NCBI GenBank assembly: GCA_001563335.1
Contig: LRSL01000055.1
Location: forward strand, 13,030-77,029
Length of the DNA: 64,000 nt
Origin: Candidatus Thorarchaeota archaeon SMTZ1-45
Lineage (GTDB): Archaea > Asgardarchaeota > Thorarchaeia > Thorarchaeales > Thorarchaeaceae
Direction of reading: 5' to 3'
Shown here: piece by piece, positions 58,100 to 64,000 of the stretch
Layout of the letters: the number at the start of each line of letters is the position of its first letter
Numbering within the stretch: position 1 is the stretch's first letter
Notes under the pieces: generated by a model
Databases searched by the model: none
What the model saw: only the letters and a program-made list of their open reading frames with translations
What the model was told of the DNA's origin: nothing
Made by a program: the position numbers and the translations under genes

Positions 58100-58963
58100 A
58101 TGAGATTCGGTAACCTCCCTCCAGAAGCAATAGAGAGTCTAAAGAGATTCATTAATGAAGATGTCAGGTCGGGTGATATTACAACAGAATTAACAGTACC
58201 AGAGGATACGAAGGCTTTAGCTACAATCTATGCAAAAGAACGGTCAGTACTTGCAGGGATTGAAGAGGTAGCTGCAATAGCAGATTTCTCGGGACTCACC
58301 TACGAGATTCTTGCTTTTGAGGGAAACTGGGTAGATCCTCAGCAACCGGTGATGCGTCTGAGAGGGTCTGCATGGAATTTGCTAACGGTTGAAAGAGTCT
58401 GTCTGAATATTGTTCAGAGGATGAGTGGAATAGCAACAAAGGTATACAACATGGTCGATGCTGTAAAAAAAGAGAATCCTAAAGTCAAAGTTGCAGCTAC
58501 AAGAAAAACAACTCCAGGGTTTAGATTCTTTGAAAAGCGAGCTGTCATGATTGGTGGCGGAGACCCACATCGATATGCGCTAGATGACATGGTACTGATA
58601 AAGAACAACCATATCACAGCAGCTGGTGGAGTACGCGCAGCTGTGACTACAGCCAAAGAAAAGACCTCATTCAGTAAGAAGATATCTTGTGAAGCTCGCA
58701 CACTGCAACAAGTCCAAGAGGCAATAGGTGCTGGGGCGGATATAATCCTGTTAGACAATTTCAAGCCAAAGGATGTTGGTGGACTGATTGAAGTCCTCAA
58801 AGCTGATGGTACACGTGACAAAGTGATACTAGAGGTTTCTGGAGGGATTAGTGAGGAAAATATCAGGGATTATGCTAGGAGTGGAATAGATGTGATATCA
58901 TCGGGAGCATTGACACACTCATACAAATCATCAGACTTTCACATGCTCTTGTCGATGAATTAG
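58100..58963 (+). CDS. nadC: Nicotinate-nucleotide pyrophosphorylase (carboxylating)
   Basis: GDITT, RMSGIAT, TRKTTPG, HRYAL.D, LIKNNH, ILLDNF, SGGI. Confidence 0.95.
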   Translation: MRFGNLPPEAIESLKRFINEDVRSGDITTELTVPEDTKALATIYAKERSVLAGIEEVAAIADFSGLTYEILAFEGNWVDPQQPVMRLRGSAWNLLTVERVCLNIVQRMSGIATKVYNMVDAVKKENPKVKVAATRKTTPGFRFFEKRAVMIGGGDPHRYALDDMVLIKNNHITAAGGVRAAVTTAKEKTSFSKKISCEARTLQQVQEAIGAGADIILLDNFKPKDVGGLIEVLKADGTRDKVILEVSGGISEENIRDYARSGIDVISSGALTHSYKSSDFHMLLSMN

Positions 58964-59172
58964 AATTGAAAATGATTCGAATATTCACTTTTAGGCCGCT
59001 GTACACAAGTTCTTAAGGAACGATTCTGAAAATCTTGTTGCAGGTACAAGAGAAGCGAAACGCACTTTCTATCATCGGAATTATCGAGTTTGTTTTTTCA
59101 GGCATCGCAAATTTCACAGAAGGAACCGCTAGTTTTGACAACTTGCATATCGCAAATAGCGAGTGAATAACA

Positions 59173-59754
59173 ATGAGTTATGAAGAACACGAGCCAATTG
59201 AGGCTACAGTGGCTGAACTCAAGCCACGAATGAAAAATGTCACCATTTCTTTCAAGGTGACTAGTATAGGTGAAGAGCGTGAGATTGAATCCCGCAACGA
59301 CGGTTCATCTCATCGAGTCTGTGATATCACTGTTGGTGATGAAAGCGGAATTGTACAGGTTCCACTCTGGGATGATGCAATTGATAGCATTGAAGAAGGG
59401 GCAACCTACAATCTAACCAATGGATACACAGGGCTCTTTCGAGGAAACTTACGATTGAATGTTGGTAGGTATGGTAAGCTCGAGGAGGCTGAAGAAGCCA
59501 TCGAGGACGTCAACATGAGTATCGATATGTCTGCTGAAGAACATGAGGACGACAGACCCCGTAGGAGCTATGGCGGTGGTGGAGGCCGAGGTGGCGGAGG
59601 CTACAGCGGTGGCGGTGGTCGTAGATATAGTGATCGATCTAGCAGCGGAAGTTATGGTAGTCGAGATGGCAGCTACGGCGGCGGAGGCTATGGTGGTAGA
59701 AATCGCCGTGGCGGTAGCGGCTATGGTGGAAACAACAGACGTTCCAGATACTAG
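59173..59754 (+). CDS. ssb: Single-OB-fold ssDNA-binding protein with Gly/Arg/Ser/Tyr-rich tail
   Basis: VGDESG.V...LWDD, NGYTGLFRGNLRLNVGRYG OB motif; ~65-aa RGG/SYG tail. Confidence 0.88.
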   Translation: MSYEEHEPIEATVAELKPRMKNVTISFKVTSIGEEREIESRNDGSSHRVCDITVGDESGIVQVPLWDDAIDSIEEGATYNLTNGYTGLFRGNLRLNVGRYGKLEEAEEAIEDVNMSIDMSAEEHEDDRPRRSYGGGGGRGGGGYSGGGGRRYSDRSSSGSYGSRDGSYGGGGYGGRNRRGGSGYGGNNRRSRY

Positions 59755-59796
59755 ATTTGAAACTAAGAAGTAATCAAAGCAGCAGTAGCTGCTAAA

Positions 59797-59826
59797 TTGT
59801 GGGTAATCAATAATGATTACTCACAA
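59797..59826 (+). terminator. Hairpin terminator between ssb and tRNA-Glu
   Basis: TTGTGGGTAATCA-ATAA-TGATTACTCACAA followed by a T-rich tract. Confidence 0.6.
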
Positions 59827-59888
59827 ATCCTTGTTTTTGATTTTGATAGGGTCAGAGAAATAAGAGTTCGTCCTAGATTGAATGAGGA

Positions 59889-59966
59889 TGGTGCCCCAGC
59901 CGGGATTTGAACCCGGGTCTTAGACTCGAAAGGCCTAGATGCTGGGCCGGGCTACACTACTGGGGC
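59889..59966 (-). tRNA. tRNA-Glu(TTC), CCA encoded, no intron
   Basis: Reverse complement GCCCCAG...TAGGC-CTTTCGA-GTCTA...GGTTCAAATCC...CTGGGGCACCA folds as a cloverleaf. Confidence 0.95.
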
Positions 59967-60026
59967 TATGTAGCATCGAGAACTTTGCCTTGCTGTTATT
60001 AAGATTATGTAGAGGTCGCATTTGGA

Positions 60027-60380
60027 CTATGATGCTGTGCGAATTATTGCGTCCTTAGAAGATTCAATAGCTCGAATCTGATGGACCTCACGAAGAACTG
60101 ATTTGACACTTTTTCTTCCATATTTGAGATAACCACTTGATACAGCCTGAAGTAGAAATGAATGCAGGTCACTGGATGATGGGACTCCGGAGATCTTGTA
60201 GGATCCTGCAACGAGTGTTGGGACAACCAAGATGCCATATGCCTCAGCAATTAGATATTGTTTCTCAACATCAACCTCGTAGATGTTTTGTTCAAGCCCC
60301 AGAGCCTTACTCTCATCTTTGAGCATTGATTTGAGTGAGTCACACCATACACAGTGGTCTGAGGTGAACATTAGAATCAT
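60027..60380 (-). CDS. Thioredoxin-family protein
   Basis: MILMFTSDHCVWC CxxC, EVDVE, YGILVVPTL cis-Pro; start trimmed to 60380 so it does not overlap the tRNA. Confidence 0.8.
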   Translation of the reverse strand: MILMFTSDHCVWCDSLKSMLKDESKALGLEQNIYEVDVEKQYLIAEAYGILVVPTLVAGSYKISGVPSSSDLHSFLLQAVSSGYLKYGRKSVKSVLREVHQIRAIESSKDAIIRTAS

Positions 60381-60586
60381 GGAGTTCGCACCTTGGAGTT
60401 GCCTCGTAGTCACTCCAGTTGAATATAAAGTCAGAAAAAGCTCAGCTCTAGATCTGCTTAGCCGAACAAATTCTTGACAGTCTAAGTATCCTGAATCGTT
60501 CATATTTCGAATGCTTGGAACGACAGTTTGGAAACCATTCGCAACTTTAATATCCCAAAGCAAATGCAAGAGCATTGTTCTGAATC

Positions 60587-60663
60587 GGGCCCGTAGCTCA
60601 GCTTGGTAGAGCAGCAGGCTCATAACCTGTCGGTCGTGCGTTCAAATCGCGCCGGGCCCACCA
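60587..60663 (+). tRNA. tRNA with CAT anticodon, most likely tRNA-Ile2 (agmatidine-modified)
   Basis: GGGCCCG acceptor typical of archaeal Ile2 rather than iMet (A1-U72); GCAGG-CTCATAA-CCTGT; GTTCAAAT; CCA; TTTAATAT TATA box upstream. Confidence 0.9.
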
Positions 60664-60680
60664 CCCAGAAATTTCATGTT

Positions 60681-61874
60681 TTAAGGAATCAATTTTAATG
60701 CCTTTAGGGGATGTTTTAGGAGTAAACGCTTGAGAATGCGGTTTCTTAACTCCTTGTACGGTCTTATGCCCATTACAAGCTCCATAACATACTCCCTCAG
60801 AGTTTGGTCAGTATATGCCGCCTGACATGCCAATTCCATGTTCTTGTTCGACTTTAAGAGAATCTTTGCTAATGACTGAGCAATCGCTAGATCTTGGTTG
60901 AAAGCATTTTTACATCTTTGTTCATATGAGGATACGTTTGCATTCTCACCCTTCGGTATTTCTTCATTGGCGACTTCAGCAGCAATCTTTCCAGACTTGA
61001 TGGCGTAGATGATACCCTCACCTGTGACTGGAGCAACATATCCAGCCGCATCTCCAACTAACATAACTCTCTTTGAACACGTGTTCCTAATCTTCCCTCG
61101 TAGTGGCAGTCTTGCAGCAGTAGTATCATGCAAGTCACACTTTATGGAGTGGCGCTCCTCAAAACCAGCTATAAATCGCTTCCACTCATCTTTTAGGTTC
61201 TGCATCTTGCTGACACGTACGCCAATACCAAGACTGAACTCTGTCTTCTTAGGAAAAGCCCAAGCATAGCCATAGAGGACTGGTCCAAAGTAGATCTCGA
61301 TTATTGATTTCTCATTTACAATCCTAGAGATTTCAGAGAACTCCATGGGAACAGATGCCTCAATACAGAGACCTACCTCGTCATCTCTCCAACCAGTGTT
61401 GATGCCTGTTTTCCTTCCGACTAGACTGTTAGTGCCGTCAGCACCTACAAGCAATCGACTGGTGTAGGTTTCATTCTCTGTGACTGCGATGACAGAGGCA
61501 GAACTCTCCATGACATCTAAGACCTTGGCACCCTCAACTACCTCCACTCCAACTTCCTGAGCTTTCTTTAAGAGGAAAGAGTCGAAGCTTTCTCTCCGAA
61601 CAGTAAATCCTGATGACTCTGAACGGGACTGCTCAATGACCATTCCACTGGGCGAGTATATCCTCACTCCATATGCTTCACGCTCAATCACTGGAGATAG
61701 ATCAAAGTCTAGGGCATCTCTCACCCTCACTGTGATACCACCACCGCAAGCTTTTCTCCTTGGATGGTGCGCTTTTTCAAGAACTAATACTTCGAGCCCC
61801 AGCTGGGCTGCTCTTCGAGCACAGGTGGTACCTGCTGGACCTCCTCCGACAACGATTAGGTCATAGGTCACCAA
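60681..61874 (-). CDS. Geranylgeranyl reductase family flavoprotein
   Basis: VGGGPAG, RRKACGGG, VGADG, YGYAWAFPK, LVGDAAG..APVTGEGI; probable TTG start at 61874. Confidence 0.9.
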   Translation of the reverse strand: MVTYDLIVVGGGPAGTTCARRAAQLGLEVLVLEKAHHPRRKACGGGITVRVRDALDFDLSPVIEREAYGVRIYSPSGMVIEQSRSESSGFTVRRESFDSFLLKKAQEVGVEVVEGAKVLDVMESSASVIAVTENETYTSRLLVGADGTNSLVGRKTGINTGWRDDEVGLCIEASVPMEFSEISRIVNEKSIIEIYFGPVLYGYAWAFPKKTEFSLGIGVRVSKMQNLKDEWKRFIAGFEERHSIKCDLHDTTAARLPLRGKIRNTCSKRVMLVGDAAGYVAPVTGEGIIYAIKSGKIAAEVANEEIPKGENANVSSYEQRCKNAFNQDLAIAQSLAKILLKSNKNMELACQAAYTDQTLREYVMELVMGIRPYKELRNRILKRLLLKHPLKALKLIP

Positions 61875-62009
61875 GGCAATCTCCCCAAAATCCTTGTATG
61901 GTAGAGGTGGCTTCTTTTTCTCTCTTTTGTAGCACATTATCGTTTCAGGATTAGTTGGAAAGAGACAAATCAGATATTCAAGGAAGTGGTATATTGAGTA
62001 GTGGTTGTG

Positions 62010-62561
62010 ATGCGTAAGAGCTTTCTGAGTAGTTTGTCAATCGTGATTTTGTTACTATTGCCATTGTTCGCTCAAGCATTTGACATAGACAGAGATATGG
62101 GTGTTGGTGAATTGTATGTTGTATACGGGAACGCAAATGCTGGATGGAGGATAGAGGGATCGTTCTCAGCTGACTATGATATTGAGTTCTTCATCTGTGA
62201 TACAGAGAACTACTCTAGATGGGATAGAAAACAGAGCGCATTTCTCTATGAACACGATGAGGAAACCACGGGTAATATCTTCAATTTTACAATTCCCTAC
62301 GATTCAGAATGGTATGTTGTCTTCTCGAATATTCAACTGCAAAGTCCCATTAGTTTGCAGGCAGAAGTCTACTACATAGATCAGTCTGATGTTGTTCAGA
62401 CACAGGTTGGTTGGTATAGTCGAAACATGCTTGTGACTCCTTTGTTTATTGGAATCCTATTGATAGTACCAATTGCCCTTCTCATTGGAGTCTATATATC
62501 AAGAAAAAGAGAGCCAGTCCCAGCAGTCAGGTATGATGAGATTCTTTCAACCCCAGACTAG
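62010..62561 (+). CDS. Type-I membrane protein with a GOLD/emp24-like lumenal domain
   Basis: Signal peptide ending AQA; IEGSFSADYDIEFFICD...FNFTIPYDSEWYVVFSN; single C-terminal TM; 20-aa tail. Confidence 0.65.
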   Translation: MRKSFLSSLSIVILLLLPLFAQAFDIDRDMGVGELYVVYGNANAGWRIEGSFSADYDIEFFICDTENYSRWDRKQSAFLYEHDEETTGNIFNFTIPYDSEWYVVFSNIQLQSPISLQAEVYYIDQSDVVQTQVGWYSRNMLVTPLFIGILLIVPIALLIGVYISRKREPVPAVRYDEILSTPD

Positions 62562-62589
62562 TTCAATTTGAACCAGTCTCACCAATTCC

Positions 62590-63063
62590 CTATTCTTTGC
62601 TCATCCTCTTCCAGAGCCCTTCCCACCATGCAACAAATGGACCGGTTGGTGAGATTGCTATGCCTGTTTCTATTCCAATCCTGACAGGCATATCATTCTT
62701 CACTTCCTCAATATCAATTTCAATGAGAGCATAGTTTTCGTCTATTGTGAATGGTTCCTCAACAATCCGTGCTTTCCCTCTGATGCTCACTGCGATGTCA
62801 GGAGCACATATCATTGCAACCATCACACGTGGTTCACGTTTCAGGTTGCTCAGAGTGTCATGGTATCGATAGACAATGAAACGCATCAAACGTGGATTAA
62901 CTGCTCGCATGCTACCGAATGGTGCAATATGTGGAGATCCATCCTCATCGACCGTGGCAACAACAGAACTGGGATTGAGTTCTCCATTTGCCTTATGCCA
63001 TGCCCTAAAAGCATCCTCATGAAGTTCGGGAGACCTACGCCATCTCTCTTGTTTTTCAGACAC
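62590..63063 (-). CDS. Pyridoxamine 5'-phosphate oxidase-like FMN-binding split-barrel protein
   Basis: VATVDEDGSPHIAP, TLSNLKREPRV, SIRGKARIV. Confidence 0.85.
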   Translation of the reverse strand: MSEKQERWRRSPELHEDAFRAWHKANGELNPSSVVATVDEDGSPHIAPFGSMRAVNPRLMRFIVYRYHDTLSNLKREPRVMVAMICAPDIAVSIRGKARIVEEPFTIDENYALIEIDIEEVKNDMPVRIGIETGIAISPTGPFVAWWEGLWKRMSKE

Positions 63064-63224
63064 TTTCTACTCACCTCAGCCAAAGCCTGTATGGTATTTG
63101 TTTCATGTTCCATATCATATCTTTTATTTGACCAAGAGTATTCAATTATATTTAGAACACGTGTTCTTACAATATCAATTATAGAACGGATGTCTTAAGT
63201 GAGAGATGAGTAACCGCATTTGTT

Positions 63225-64000
63225 ATGCAGCTCTTCAGTGATACTATTGTTCTTGGTGTAGTTGCGAGCCTAATGGCTGGTGTGGCAACAGGAGTAGGAG
63301 CACTACCAATCTTTCTCAAACGCAACTTTAGTCGAAGATCACTGGATATTATGCTTGGATTTGCTGCGGGTGTCATGCTAGCTGCTTCATCTTTCAGTCT
63401 CTTAGTTCCAGCCTTAGAAGACCCGTTGGTGAATGACTGGACTGATGTATTGACTGTTGTAGCGCTTGGGTTTGGGCTGGGAGGTATATTCGTACATTTA
63501 GCTGACAAGTACGTTCCACATGCTCACTTCAAGAAGGGAGAAGAGGGGCCGTCTTCAACCATGGCAAGGGTCTGGCTTCTCATTCTCGCAATCACTATCC
63601 ATAATTTCCCTGAGGGGCTAGCTGTTGGCGTTTCGTTTGGAATAGATGACCCATTGACTGGAATCTCAGTCGCAGTGGCGATTGGATTACAGAACATGCC
63701 GGAGGGGCTTGCAGTGGCTGCACCTCTGGTAAGAGAAGGGTATCCCAGAGGAAGAGCAGTACTGTTAGCGTTAGCGACAGGGCTTGTAGAGCCCATTGGA
63801 GGACTCCTCGGAGTGTCAATAGTTGTAATCGCTGCATTTCTGCTACCTTATGGTCTAGCTTTTGCGGCAGGAGCCATGATCTTTGTTGTAGGAGATGAGA
63901 TGATACCAGAGAGTCACTCAAGTGGACATGCACGTGTGGCTACATGGGGCATCATAATCGGATTTGTGATCATGATGACACTTGACAATGTCTTCCATTT
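63225..64000 (+). CDS. ZIP-family (GufA/ZupT) metal transporter; 3' end cut by the window edge
   Basis: Manual translation from the ATG at 63225: MLGFAAGVMLAAS, AITIHNFPEGLAVG, IGLQNMPEG, FAAGAMIFVV..EMIPESH. Confidence 0.92.
   Translation, partial: MQLFSDTIVLGVVASLMAGVATGVGALPIFLKRNFSRRSLDIMLGFAAGVMLAASSFSLLVPALEDPLVNDWTDVLTVVALGFGLGGIFVHLADKYVPHAHFKKGEEGPSSTMARVWLLILAITIHNFPEGLAVGVSFGIDDPLTGISVAVAIGLQNMPEGLAVAAPLVREGYPRGRAVLLALATGLVEPIGGLLGVSIVVIAAFLLPYGLAFAAGAMIFVVGDEMIPESHSSGHARVATWGIIIGFVIMMTLDNVFH

Noticed and set aside
60381-60623. Long N-terminal extension of the thioredoxin ORF
   Set aside because: Overlaps the tRNA(CAT) gene and its promoter on the opposite strand; the fold begins at the ATG at 60380
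59889-64000. tRNA genes as possible integration sites
   Set aside because: No duplicated tRNA 3' end, integrase or virus-like gene is visible in the window
1-64000. CRISPR array, cas genes, IS transposases, rRNA, inteins
   Set aside because: No regularly spaced repeats or diagnostic motifs seen; AtpA and SMC are of normal length

Overview
Gene-dense archaeal chromosome segment, most likely an Asgard archaeon and probably Thorarchaeia. This is inferred from a Sec23/24-like Zn-finger+vWA gene, four roadblock genes with an MglA/Arf-like GTPase, and EMC6-like, PCI-like and GOLD-like proteins. Most of the window is housekeeping: V/A-ATPase F, A and B, SRP54, uL16, eL33, eS8, SMC-ScpA-ScpB, ACD, fumarase with TfrAB-type fumarate reductase, HypA/HypE, Rqc2/NEMF, SSB, tRNA-Glu and tRNA-Ile2(CAU). 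Main things the ORF track does not explain: (1) a C/D-box guide RNA at 26124-26197, just after rpl35Ae, whose D-box guide matches the LSU helix-69 loop in the register of eukaryotic snR63/SNORD46; (2) a ~7 kb island of membrane/secreted genes (14.8-21.9 kb), bounded by a degenerate ~108-bp direct repeat of the rpl10e start/promoter and containing three copies of a second repeat; (3) a roadblock x4 + GTPase + Sec23/24-like cluster, with p24/GOLD-like proteins elsewhere in the window; (4) several unexplained protein architectures. No CRISPR array, rRNA, integrase or transposase was seen. All family calls come from reading motifs by eye, and alignments were counted manually.
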